Assembly: GCA_963788055.1 (NCBI GenBank)
Contig: CAWBFA010000005.1
Span: 233,783 to 297,782 of the forward strand
DNA from: an uncultured Actinomycetes bacterium
GTDB lineage: Bacteria; Actinomycetota; Thermoleophilia; Gaiellales; Gaiellaceae
Direction of reading: 5' to 3'
Length of the DNA: 64,000 bases
Both the position numbers and the translations under genes were made by a program. Position 1 is the first letter of the stretch; each line of letters opens with the position of its first letter. Below, in pieces: positions 35,986 through 44,350 of this stretch. The notes beneath the pieces were generated by a model that saw only the letters and a list, made by a program, of their open reading frames with translations, was not told the DNA's origin and ran no database searches.

Positions 35986-37119
35986 GTGCGATAGGCCTCG
36001 ATCAGGACCGCGGCGACCTCGGGCCGCGTGAACTCCGTCGGCGGGACTTCGCCGCCCGCGAGCAACTCGCGCACCTTCGTCCCCGAGAGGAACACGTGCT
36101 GCTCCTTGCCGTGCGGGCACGTCTTCGCGCTCGCCATCGAGCCGCACGCCTTGCACCAGAACGAGTGCTCGAAGAACATCGGCTCGATGTCGAGCTCGTG
36201 CGGCTCGAACTCGTCGAAGATCAGCTGGGCGTCGTACGTTCCGTAATAGTCGCCGACGCCGGCGTGGTCGCGGCCGACGATGAAGTGCGAGCAGCCGTAG
36301 TTCTTGCGGCAGATCGCGTGCCAGATCGCCTCGCGCGGGCCTGCGTAGCGCATCGCCGCCGGGAAGGCCGACAGGAGCACGCGGTCGGCCGGGTAGTAGT
36401 CGTCGATCAGCGTGCGGTAGCAGGCCACGCGCACGTCGGCCGGGACGTCGTCGCCCTTCGTGTCTCCGACGAGCGGATGGACGAGCAGGCCGTCGACGGT
36501 CTCGAGCGCGACCTTCGTCAGGTACTCGTGCGCACGATGGATCGGGTTGCGCGTCTGGAAGCCGACGACCCGCCTCCAGCCGCGCTCGGCGAAGGCCGCG
36601 CGCGTGTCGCGCGGATCGAGCGCGAGCTCGGCGAACTCGGGCTCGGGCCGCTCGAACACCGTGACGCGGCCGGCGAGGTACCTCGGCTTCTGCGCGTAGA
36701 GCCGCGCGACGCCGGGGTGGGCCTCGTCGGTCGTGCGGAAGCAGTTCTCCGCCTCGCGGTCCTTGTCGTACGTTGTAGACCTCGGCGACCTCGAGCACGG
36801 CGAGCTTCCGCCCGCTCTCGTCGGCGAGCGCCACGCGGCCGCCCTGCGGCGCCTCGTCGACGGCGAGGCAGACCGGCAGCGCCCACGGAAGCCCGCTCGC
36901 GAGCCGCATCTCGTCGACGACGCGCTCGTAGTCCTCGCGACCCATGAACCCATCGAGCGGCGAGAGCGCCCCGGAGGCGATCATGCCAAGGTCGGAGACC
37001 TCGCGCGAGGTGAGCATCACGACTGCGAGCGAGTCGAGGTCGCCCGGCCGCTCGCCCGTCCGGTCGACGAGCTCGCCGCCGTGCGGCCGGATCAGCCGCT
37101 CCGTCGCGACCGCCGTCAC
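35982..37119 (-). CDS. sat: sulfate adenylyltransferase (ATP sulfurylase), interrupted by an apparent +1 frame change near 36768-36775
   Basis: The GTG at 37119 overlaps the cysC TGA. The N-terminal part (..[23 protein letters not shown]) is in the frame of ORF 35461..37368. The remainder ([21 protein letters not shown]...[13 protein letters not shown]...GRDHAGVG) is ORF 35982..36953. Confidence 0.85.
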
Positions 37120-37715
37120 GCCGTCACCCCGGACTCGACGAGACCGAGCTCCTCGAGCTTCGCGACGATCAGACGTGCCGACTCCTCGGCGTCGTGCTGC
37201 TCCGTGTCGACGACGAGCTCGGGGCTCACCGGGTCCTCGTACGGGTCGTCGACGCCCGTGAAGCCCTTGATCTCCCCCCTGAAAGCCTTCTCGTACAGCC
37301 CCTTCACGTCGCGCTTCGCGCACTCGTCCACCGACGCCTTGACGTGCACCTCGACGAACGTGCCCCACTCCTCGACCATGGTCCGGGCTTTGCGCCGCGT
37401 CTCCTCGTACGGCGAGATCGCGGCCGCGATCACCGCGCCGCCCTGTCGCGTCAGGCGCGAGGCGACCCAGCCGATCCGCTCGATGTTCGTGTCGCGGTCC
37501 TCCTTCGAGAACCCGAGCCCCTTCGACAGATGCGTGCGCACCGTGTCGCCGTCGAGGTACTCGACGACGTGGCCGCGGCGCTCGAGCTCCGGACCGACGA
37601 GATGCGCGATCGTGGACTTGCCCGCGCCCGAGAGACCCGTGAACCAGAGCGTGAAGCCGCCCTCGCGGCGACGGTCCGACTCGGGGTGCTCGTGCGCGTA
37701 GATGTGCTCAGTCAT
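37116..37715 (-). CDS. cysC: adenylylsulfate (APS) kinase
   Basis: 199-aa ORF. P-loop [17 protein letters not shown], followed by the DGD motif ([11 protein letters not shown]). Confidence 0.9.
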   Translation of the reverse strand: MTEHIYAHEHPESDRRREGGFTLWFTGLSGAGKSTIAHLVGPELERRGHVVEYLDGDTVRTHLSKGLGFSKEDRDTNIERIGWVASRLTRQGGAVIAAAISPYEETRRKARTMVEEWGTFVEVHVKASVDECAKRDVKGLYEKAFRGEIKGFTGVDDPYEDPVSPELVVDTEQHDAEESARLIVAKLEELGLVESGVTA

Positions 37716-38394
37716 TGCTCTCCTTGATCAATGGTGCGTTCACGTGGATGCCGCATTCGAGCTTGTTCGAGCCGGCCCAGCGGCCTGCGCGCTCGTCCTC
37801 GCCGGCGTTCACCGGCCGCGTGCAGTGGATGCACCCGATCGAGGGGTAGCCCTGGTCGTGCAGCGGGTTGTAGGGAATCTCGTTGACGGCGATGTACGCG
37901 TCGACGCGCTTCGAGCTCCAGTCGACGAGCGGCTGGATCTTCCAGACGCCGTAGCGCTCCGACCACTCGACCTTCTGCGCGTTCGCGCGCGTCGCGGACT
38001 GCTCGCGCCGGATACCGGTGATCCACGCGTCGTAGCCGGCGAGCGCGCGCTCGAGCGGCTCGACCTTGCGGATCCCGCAGCAGCGGTCCGGGTCGGTCTC
38101 CCAGAGGAGATCGGGCGGGTCGATCGGCCGGAACGACTTCAGGTTGAGGTCGTACTTCGCCACCAGCTGATCGCGGGTCGCATAGGTCTCGGGGAAGAGC
38201 ACGAGCGTGTCGAGCTCGACGACGTCGGTGGCCAGGCCGAGCTCGCTGATCATGTGCACGAGCGCCGACGACTGCCGCTGCCACGAGCAGGTCAGGCACA
38301 GCTTGTCGCCGAACTCCTCGGCCGCCCAGCGGAGCAGCTCTTCCGCGGACATCGCCTCGAAGTCGAGCTCAGGAAGCGCCGGCGCGCTCGCCAT
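37708..38394 (-). CDS. cysH: APS/PAPS reductase, Fe-S (APS reductase) type
   Basis: 228-aa ORF. Cys pairs [12 protein letters not shown] and GCIHCTRPV (4Fe-4S ligand pattern) plus the C-terminal KLECGIH catalytic motif. Alternative start ATG at 38352. Confidence 0.85.
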   Translation of the reverse strand: MASAPALPELDFEAMSAEELLRWAAEEFGDKLCLTCSWQRQSSALVHMISELGLATDVVELDTLVLFPETYATRDQLVAKYDLNLKSFRPIDPPDLLWETDPDRCCGIRKVEPLERALAGYDAWITGIRREQSATRANAQKVEWSERYGVWKIQPLVDWSSKRVDAYIAVNEIPYNPLHDQGYPSIGCIHCTRPVNAGEDERAGRWAGSNKLECGIHVNAPLIKESND

Positions 38395-39112
38395 GGATCT
38401 CCTTCAGCGTGTCCCCGCGCAGACCGAGACGCAGGGTCTCGAGCGGGATCACCTCGTCCGGCGGGATGTTCCCGAGGTTCACGTCCGAGCCGAGCGTCTT
38501 CACGAACCACGCTTGCGCAGCCTTCGTCGGCGCTTCGAAGATCACGTTTGCAGGCTCGACCGCATCTGCGATCTCCACGATCAGCTCCGTGCGCATCCCG
38601 CCGGACGAGTCGAAGATGCCGGCGGTGCCGCCCTCGCGCGCCTCGGTGATCACCTTCCAGGCGCCCGCGTCGAGCTCCTCGCGGAGCCAGCTCGTCCACT
38701 CGTCCGCGGAGTACTCCACCGACGAGTCCTTCGAGCCGACCTCAGAGAGCACGGTGAAGTCGCGCGCGAAGTCGGCGATCAGCTCGAGCTTCTCCTCGCG
38801 CGGGATCTCGACCGTGCCGTCGGAGAGCTCGACGTGGGTGAGTCCGAGGTCGCGCAACCACGCCTTGTACTGGTCCACCTTCCCCTTGACGTAGACGACC
38901 TCGAAGAACGTCCCGCCGATCACCACCGGCTTCTCGCGCAACACCTCCAGCTTCCGTTTGAGGTTCGGCGTGACGTACGCGGTGCCCCAGCCGAGCTTGA
39001 CGACATCGATGTAGACGCCCGAGGTCTCGAGCACGTCCTCCCACGCACGCGGGCCGAGGCCCTTGTCGATCACGTGGGTGATGCCGCCGGCGCGGGGCTC
39101 AAAATCGAGCAA
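38369..39112 (-). CDS. comA: (2R)-phospho-3-sulfolactate synthase (ComA family)
   Basis: 247-aa ORF, TTG start. GVYIDVVKLGWGTAYV ... GGTFFE ... VELSDGTVEIP ... LSEVGSKD ... VITEAREGGTAGIF matches my recollection of the ComA/PF02679 TIM-barrel pattern along the full length. Confidence 0.75.
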   Translation of the reverse strand: MLDFEPRAGGITHVIDKGLGPRAWEDVLETSGVYIDVVKLGWGTAYVTPNLKRKLEVLREKPVVIGGTFFEVVYVKGKVDQYKAWLRDLGLTHVELSDGTVEIPREEKLELIADFARDFTVLSEVGSKDSSVEYSADEWTSWLREELDAGAWKVITEAREGGTAGIFDSSGGMRTELIVEIADAVEPANVIFEAPTKAAQAWFVKTLGSDVNLGNIPPDEVIPLETLRLGLRGDTLKEIHGERAGAS

Positions 39113-39686
39113 AGAGCTCCTTCAGCTTCTCCTGCGCGCGCTCCTGTACGTCGTGGTAGAGCGAGTTGCCGTGCGCGTCGATCCCGACCGTCAGCGGCCC
39201 GAAGTCCTTGACGCGGAACTTCCAGAGGCACTCGGGCATCAGCTCCTCCCAGGCCACCTCCTCGATCTCCTCGATCTGCGTCGTCTCGAGCGCGGCCGCG
39301 CCGCCGACGATCGCGAAGTAGACCATCCCGAGCCGGTGCATCGGCTCGATCGCCTCGTCGGGGAAGCCGCCCTTGCCACAGACCGCGCGCACGCCGTATT
39401 GCGCGCCGAGCGGCTCGGTGAAGCGCACCATGCGGGCGCTCGTCGTCGTGCCGATGCAGACCTTCTCGTACTTGCCTTCGGCGAGCTTGCGGACGCCCGG
39501 CGCGGTGTGGAGCAGGAACGCGCCGCGGAGATCCATCGGCGGCTCGACGCCCTGGTCGAAGATCCGGACTTGCGTGCGGTCGCGGATGCCGATGATGTGG
39601 CCCTGGACGACCACCTCGTCGCCGGCGCGGAGCTTGAGGATCTCCGCTTCGTCGGTGATCGGGAACGTGACTTCGTGGACGGCCAT
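39099..39686 (-). CDS. Fe-S hydro-lyase beta subunit (class I fumarate hydratase / tartrate dehydratase family)
   Basis: Protein-like part of ORF 39099..39818 from the ATG at 39686, which overlaps the alpha-subunit TGA. LLHTAPG...RAVCGKGGF...MVYFAIVGGAAAL. Confidence 0.85.
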   Translation of the reverse strand: MAVHEVTFPITDEAEILKLRAGDEVVVQGHIIGIRDRTQVRIFDQGVEPPMDLRGAFLLHTAPGVRKLAEGKYEKVCIGTTTSARMVRFTEPLGAQYGVRAVCGKGGFPDEAIEPMHRLGMVYFAIVGGAAALETTQIEEIEEVAWEELMPECLWKFRVKDFGPLTVGIDAHGNSLYHDVQERAQEKLKELFARF

Positions 39687-40585
39687 CAGAATTCCCTGTC
39701 GAAGTCGACGGTGCCGTCGGGGGCGATGTGCGCGGAGGCCCGGCGCGCCGCCCAGCACTGGTAGTTGACCGCGACGGGATTGAGGGTCATGTGCGTGTCC
39801 GCGTGCTCGATGTGGCACTGCAGCACCGTCACGTCACCGCCGAGGCCCATCGGGCCGATCCCGGTCTCGTTCAGCAGCGAGAAGAGCTCGTCCTCGAGCT
39901 GCGCGACGAGAGGGTCGCCGTTCCGCGTGCCGATCGGGCGCATGATCGCCTCCTTCGCGAGGTACATCGCGTAGTCGGCGCTGCCGCCGATCCCCACGCC
40001 GACGATTCCCGGCGGGCACGGCTTGCCGCCGGCGCCGACGATCGACTCGAGCACGAACTGCTTGATCCCCTTCACGCCGTCGGCGGGGACGCACATCTTG
40101 AGGAAGCTCATGTTCTCGGAGCCCGAGCCCTTGGGCACACACTTGACGTCGAGCCCGTCCCAGTCGTCGATGAACTCCCAGTGCACGATCGGCAGGCGGT
40201 AGCCGATGTTCGGCCCGGTGTTCTCGCGCGTGATCGTGTGCACAGCGTTCGAGCGCAGCGGGTGCTCGAGCGTCGCGCGCGCGGTCCCGTCGCGCAGCCC
40301 CTCGTAGATCCGCGCCGGGTGCAGCGGAAAATGCTCGCCCACGCGGCAGTGGTAGACGGCGATGCCGGTGTCCTGGCAGACGAGGTTCTTCTCGCCGTCG
40401 GCGATGTTGATGTTGCGGTGGATCGTCTCGAGCACGCGCTTCCCGGGAACAGACGTCTCGAGCGCGCGCGCGTCAGAGAGCGCGTCGCGGAGGTCCTGCG
40501 GGATGTCCTTCAACGCCCACACGTAGAGATGCGCCGCGGCGTCCTCCACCGTGTGTTGCAGATCGGTCATCACATCGATGCTCAT
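39686..40585 (-). CDS. Fe-S hydro-lyase alpha subunit (class I fumarate hydratase / tartrate dehydratase family)
   Basis: Protein-like C-terminal 299 codons of ORF 39686..41773 from the ATG at 40585, which overlaps the flavoprotein [49 protein letters not shown]. Confidence 0.85.
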   Translation of the reverse strand: MSIDVMTDLQHTVEDAAAHLYVWALKDIPQDLRDALSDARALETSVPGKRVLETIHRNINIADGEKNLVCQDTGIAVYHCRVGEHFPLHPARIYEGLRDGTARATLEHPLRSNAVHTITRENTGPNIGYRLPIVHWEFIDDWDGLDVKCVPKGSGSENMSFLKMCVPADGVKGIKQFVLESIVGAGGKPCPPGIVGVGIGGSADYAMYLAKEAIMRPIGTRNGDPLVAQLEDELFSLLNETGIGPMGLGGDVTVLQCHIEHADTHMTLNPVAVNYQCWAARRASAHIAPDGTVDFDREF

Positions 40586-41773
40586 GGCTTCGCTTTCTCC
40601 GCGGCGGCCTTGCCAGCGCGGCGGCCGAACACGGTGCACTCGAGGAGGGAGTTGCCCATCATGCGATTCCGCCCATGGGTTCCGCCGGCGATCTCGCCGG
40701 CCGCGAAGAGCCCGTCGAGCGTCGTCTCGCCGTGCTCGTCGATCACGAGCCCGCCGTTCTGGTAGTGGAGCACGGGGTAGGTGAAGATCGGCTCGCGCAG
40801 CGGGTCGATGCCCGCGCCGCGGTAGCGCCGAAGCATGTACGGCAGCGAGATCTCGGCGTCGGCCTCGGAGATGCGCGTCGTGTCGAGGTAGACCGCAGGC
40901 CGCCCGTCGGGCGTGTGGACGCCTTTGCCCTTCGCGACCTCGTCGACGATCGCCTGCGAGACCGCGTCGCGCGGCCCGAGCGAGTCGGTGAACTCCTCGC
41001 GGTCGGCGTTCAGCAGCACGGCACCGTACGCGCGCGTCGTCTCGGGGATCGAGTACCCCTGCATCGTCCCCGGCCACGCGCCGCCGTTCGGGTGGTACTG
41101 CAGCGCGTCGAGGTCGCGGGCCTCCGCGCCGAGGTCGATCGCCATCTGCGTCACCTCGCCGGTCGCGCCGGGATGATTCGTCGAGAGCTCGCCTCGCTCC
41201 TCCGCCTCGCGATAGCAGCGGCCGCCGGCGGCGAGGACGACCGTTGCCGCGTCGAGCACCTGGTCGCCGACCCTGGCCCGCCAGCACTGCTCCGTTTGCA
41301 CGAGCTCGGAGAGCGGCGACTTCGGGAACGTGTCGGTCGACGAGGACTCGACCGCCTCGCGCAGCGCCTTCGTGATCGCGTGACCGGTCCTGTCGCCGAC
41401 CTGCAGCAGGCGCTTGCGGGTGGCGCCGCCGCAGCGGGCCAGCCGGTAGCCGCCGTTTCTCGTTCGTGCGCGCGTGAACTCGACGCCCGAGCTCCTCGAG
41501 CCAGTGGATCGCGGAGGGTGCCTCAGTCGTCAGGATCTCCACGAGCCGGCGGTCGGCGGTCTCGTGGCTCGACGTCCAGACGTCTTCGGCGTGCTGCTCG
41601 GGCGAGTCGTCGTCACCGAAGGCCGCCTGGATTCCGCCCTGGGCCTTCGCGGAGTTGCAGCTCTGGAGCGAGCCTTTCGTCGCCACGGCGACGCGCGCGC
41701 CTGCGCGTTCAGCGGCAACGGCGGCGGCAAGGCCGGAGGCCCCGCTGCCGATCACGAGCACGTCGTAGGGCAC
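40582..41773 (-). CDS. FAD flavoprotein of the fumarate reductase / succinate dehydrogenase / L-aspartate oxidase family (short, about 397 aa), interrupted by an apparent +1 frame change near 41484-41489
   Basis: GTG start at 41773. The N-terminus YDVLVIGSGASGLAAAVAAERAGARV...AKAQGGIQAA...HWLEELG is in one frame. The continuation VEFTR..GGYRLARCGGATRKRLLQVGDRTGHAIT...LFAAGEIAGGTHGRNRMMGNSLLECTVFGRRAG is in the +1 frame (ORF 40582..41301). Confidence 0.8.
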
Positions 41774-41826
41774 GTATCGACTCTACCTGCATGCCGCTAA
41801 TCATTCACATTAGCTTTTCTTATATC
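41774..41826 (-). promoter_or_regulatory. AT-rich promoter region of the flavoprotein-to-DUF4395 (or -cysA) operon, with a TAAT-N7-ATTA dyad
   Basis: Among the most AT-rich patches of the window by eye. The minus strand reads TAGAGT (41785..41780) 6 nt before the GTG start, predicting a leaderless mRNA. Dyad TAATCATTCACATTA at 41798..41812. Confidence 0.5.
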
Positions 41827-42780
41827 TCACCAGATCGACCGGTAGAGCGCCTCGACCTCTCCGACCGTGGCTGGTCGCGGGTTCGCGCGGTTCCCGCCGC
41901 GGGCGGCGGCCGCCTCTGCGAGCCTCGGGAGGTCGGCTTCCGGGACGCCGACGTCGCGGAGACGGGTCGGCCCGGACAGCGCCGCGAGCTCCTCGACCCT
42001 TGCGGCGGGATCCTCGGGTGCACCGATGGCCTCGCCGAAGCGACGCACAGCCTCGGGAACGAGCTCGGCGTTGAACCGGAGCGCGGCCGGGAGGACGATT
42101 GCGTTCATCGCGCCGTGCGGCAGCCCGTATGCCCCGCCGACCGCCTGTGCCATCGCGTGGCCGAGTCCGAGTCCCGCCAGGGCGAGCGCCTCACCGGCGT
42201 GGGCGGCACCTTCGAGTAGGTGCGTCCGCAGCTCGAGGTCGTCCGGCCGTTCGAGGACGAGCGGCAGCAGCTCCGCGATCAGCGTCGCCCCCTCGAGCGC
42301 ACGCTTGTCACCCTCGTCGTTCCGACCCTGTACGTACAGCGCCTCGGCCGTGTGTGCGAGCGCGTTCATCGCCGTCCCGCCCGACTCCGCGCGAGGGAGC
42401 CCGAGCGTCAGCTCAGGGTCATAGACGATCCCCGCCATCCGTGCACCGCCGCCGCCGCCGACCATCCTCCTGTCGTGGTCGCGGACGCCGAAGGTCGGCG
42501 TCCACTCGGAGCCCGAGTACGTCGTCGGCACGGAGACGACCGGGAGTCCCCGCGCCGCGGATGGCGCCTTCGCCGTGTCGATCGCACTGCCGCCGCCAAC
42601 CGCGAGCAGTCCGTCGACGTCGTCGGGCGCCTCGATCCGATCCGACGGGATCTCGTGCCACGCGGCCGCTGCGGGAAGCTCGAGCGACGACCACCGGTCG
42701 CTCGCGACGAGGAGCGGGCGCTCGATGCCGAGCTCCGCGAGGACCTCCGGGAGCGCGTCGAGCCCCCAGCGGACGATCAC
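41827..42780 (-). CDS. iron-containing alcohol dehydrogenase family protein (maleylacetate-reductase-like)
   Basis: 317-aa ORF. GGGSAIDTAK, TTYSGSE, and a His-rich metal-site region GLGLGHAMAQAVGGAYGLPHGAMNA. Its GTG overlaps the LysR TGA. Confidence 0.75.
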   Translation of the reverse strand: MIVRWGLDALPEVLAELGIERPLLVASDRWSSLELPAAAAWHEIPSDRIEAPDDVDGLLAVGGGSAIDTAKAPSAARGLPVVSVPTTYSGSEWTPTFGVRDHDRRMVGGGGGARMAGIVYDPELTLGLPRAESGGTAMNALAHTAEALYVQGRNDEGDKRALEGATLIAELLPLVLERPDDLELRTHLLEGAAHAGEALALAGLGLGHAMAQAVGGAYGLPHGAMNAIVLPAALRFNAELVPEAVRRFGEAIGAPEDPAARVEELAALSGPTRLRDVGVPEADLPRLAEAAAARGGNRANPRPATVGEVEALYRSIW

Positions 42781-43676
42781 GTCAGGCGTTCCTTGCCGAA
42801 TGCGACGAACGCGTCGGCGACCCGCGTCGGCGACTTGCGTGCGGCACGCACGAGCGAGACGTCGCGCACGAGGTTCAGGCCGCGAACGCGCGCCTCGCCG
42901 AGCGTGCCTGCGGCCAGCTCCGCCTCGACGGCCGAGCGCGAGATGAACGTGACGCCGTAGCCGGCGAGGACGGCGCTCCGCACGGACTCCTGCAGGCCGA
43001 GCTCGAGCGGCACGTCGAAGTCGCGCAGCCGTTCGCCGCTCCGCCGCAGTTCGTCTTCGAGCAGTTGCCGCACACCGCCGCCTTCCTGCATCACGATCAG
43101 CGGCTCCTTGCGCAGCTCGTCGAGCGAAACGGTGCGGCCGGCGAACTTGTGGTCGGGCGGAGTGGCGAGGATGACCTCGTCGCGGAAGAAGGGCTCGAAC
43201 GCGACGCCGCGCTGACGGCGCGCCGCGCCGACGATCCCGAGCTCGAGCTCACGGGCGGCGACGAGCTCGACGACCGCGTGGGTATCGGCGACCGTGAGCG
43301 AGACCTTGACGCCCGGGTTCTCGGCCTGGAACTCGCAGAGCAGGAGCGGCAACACGATCGCGGCGGGCCCGGTCGAGGCGCCCAGGTCGAGCGTCCCCGT
43401 GAGCTCGCCCTCCCCGACCGTCGCGACGTCCTCGAGCAGCTGGTCCTCGAGCGCCAGCATCCGCTGCGCACTCCGGTAGAGCCGCCGACCGGCTTCGGTC
43501 GGCTCGACCCGCCGGCCCGAGCGGTCGAGCAGCTGCCTGCCGAGACGCTTCTCCAGCGCCCTAATCTGGAGGCTGACGGCGGGCTGCGTGACGCCGAGGC
43601 GCTCCGCCGCCTGTGAAAAGCTCTTCCTCTCGACGACCGCGCAAAACGCAGCAAGCTGTCGCGTATCCATAAGCAT
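42777..43676 (-). CDS. LysR-family transcriptional regulator
   Basis: 299-aa ORF. MDTRQLAAFCAVVERKSFSQAAERLGVTQPAVSLQIRALEKRLG. The likely true start is ATG 43670 (MDTRQL). Confidence 0.9.
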   Translation of the reverse strand: MLMDTRQLAAFCAVVERKSFSQAAERLGVTQPAVSLQIRALEKRLGRQLLDRSGRRVEPTEAGRRLYRSAQRMLALEDQLLEDVATVGEGELTGTLDLGASTGPAAIVLPLLLCEFQAENPGVKVSLTVADTHAVVELVAARELELGIVGAARRQRGVAFEPFFRDEVILATPPDHKFAGRTVSLDELRKEPLIVMQEGGGVRQLLEDELRRSGERLRDFDVPLELGLQESVRSAVLAGYGVTFISRSAVEAELAAGTLGEARVRGLNLVRDVSLVRAARKSPTRVADAFVAFGKERLT

Positions 43677-43684
43677 CTATTATG
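43668..43684. promoter_or_regulatory. CATAA-N7-TTATG dyad spanning the divergent LysR and sugar-transferase start codons
   Basis: CATAAGCATCTATTATG. The arms contain the ATG of each divergent gene. Locally AT-rich. Confidence 0.35.
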
Positions 43685-44350
43685 ACAAACCCCATGGAAT
43701 CACTCGCCGAGCGCTACGCCGCGCTGGCGCAGGGGTCGCCGCGGCGCGGCCGGGACATCGCGCTCCGTGGGCTGGATCTCGTCTTTTCGACCTTCCTCGA
43801 GGTCGTCTCTCTGCCGGTCCAGCTCGTGATCGCGCTCGCGATCCTCGCGACCAGCGGCCGCCCGGTCCTGTACCGAGGCGAGCGAGTGGGACGCGAAGGG
43901 CGCGTCTTCACGATGTTCAAGTTCCGCACCCTCAGCCCGGACGCGGAGACGCGCCTCGGCCCGTACCTCGAAGGCGAGCTCGTCCGCCGTACGAGAGCGG
44001 AGACGACCGGGCTCGGCCGCTGGCTCCGTGCAACGCAACTCGACGAGATCCCCCAGTTCTGGAACGTGCTCCGCGGCGACATGAGCTTCGTCGGACCGAG
44101 GCCGATCCGCCCGCGCTTCTTCGAGGAGCTCGCCGCCGAGCTGCCCGCGTACTGGCAGCGGCTCGTCGTCCGGCCCGGCCTGACCGGCCTCGCGCAGATG
44201 CGGCAGAGCCGCGAGACGTCGTGGTCGGAGAAGCTCGCCCACGATCTGGAGTGGATCGCTGACCGGTCGGTGCGGCTCTACCTGCAGACGCTCGCGTCGA
44301 CCGCCTGGCGCGTCCTGCGGCAGTCCCTAGGCGCCAAAGTCCAGGCGTAG
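43682..44350 (+). CDS. small monotopic phosphoglycosyl transferase (bacterial sugar transferase, PglC/WbaP-C-terminal type)
   Basis: 222-aa ORF. One N-terminal helix, then FTMFKFRTL, LDEIPQFWNVLRGDMSFVGPRP, RPGLTGLAQ. Confidence 0.85.
   Translation: MTNPMESLAERYAALAQGSPRRGRDIALRGLDLVFSTFLEVVSLPVQLVIALAILATSGRPVLYRGERVGREGRVFTMFKFRTLSPDAETRLGPYLEGELVRRTRAETTGLGRWLRATQLDEIPQFWNVLRGDMSFVGPRPIRPRFFEELAAELPAYWQRLVVRPGLTGLAQMRQSRETSWSEKLAHDLEWIADRSVRLYLQTLASTAWRVLRQSLGAKVQA

Noticed and set aside
35461-37368. 635-aa ORF spanning the DUF4395, sat and cysC regions
   Set aside because: It is chimeric. It contains the N-terminal parts of sat and DUF4395 in frame but is out of frame for their remainders and for cysC. 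It results from two frame disruptions plus the absence of stops in GC-rich sequence.
39686-41773. 695-aa ORF that looks like a flavoprotein-fumarase fusion
   Set aside because: Only its first about 95 and last 299 residues are protein-like. The middle is Arg/Pro-rich nonsense. The true flavoprotein C-terminus is in another frame (ORF 40582..41301), and the hydro-lyase alpha subunit has its own ATG at 40585, overlapping that frame's stop.
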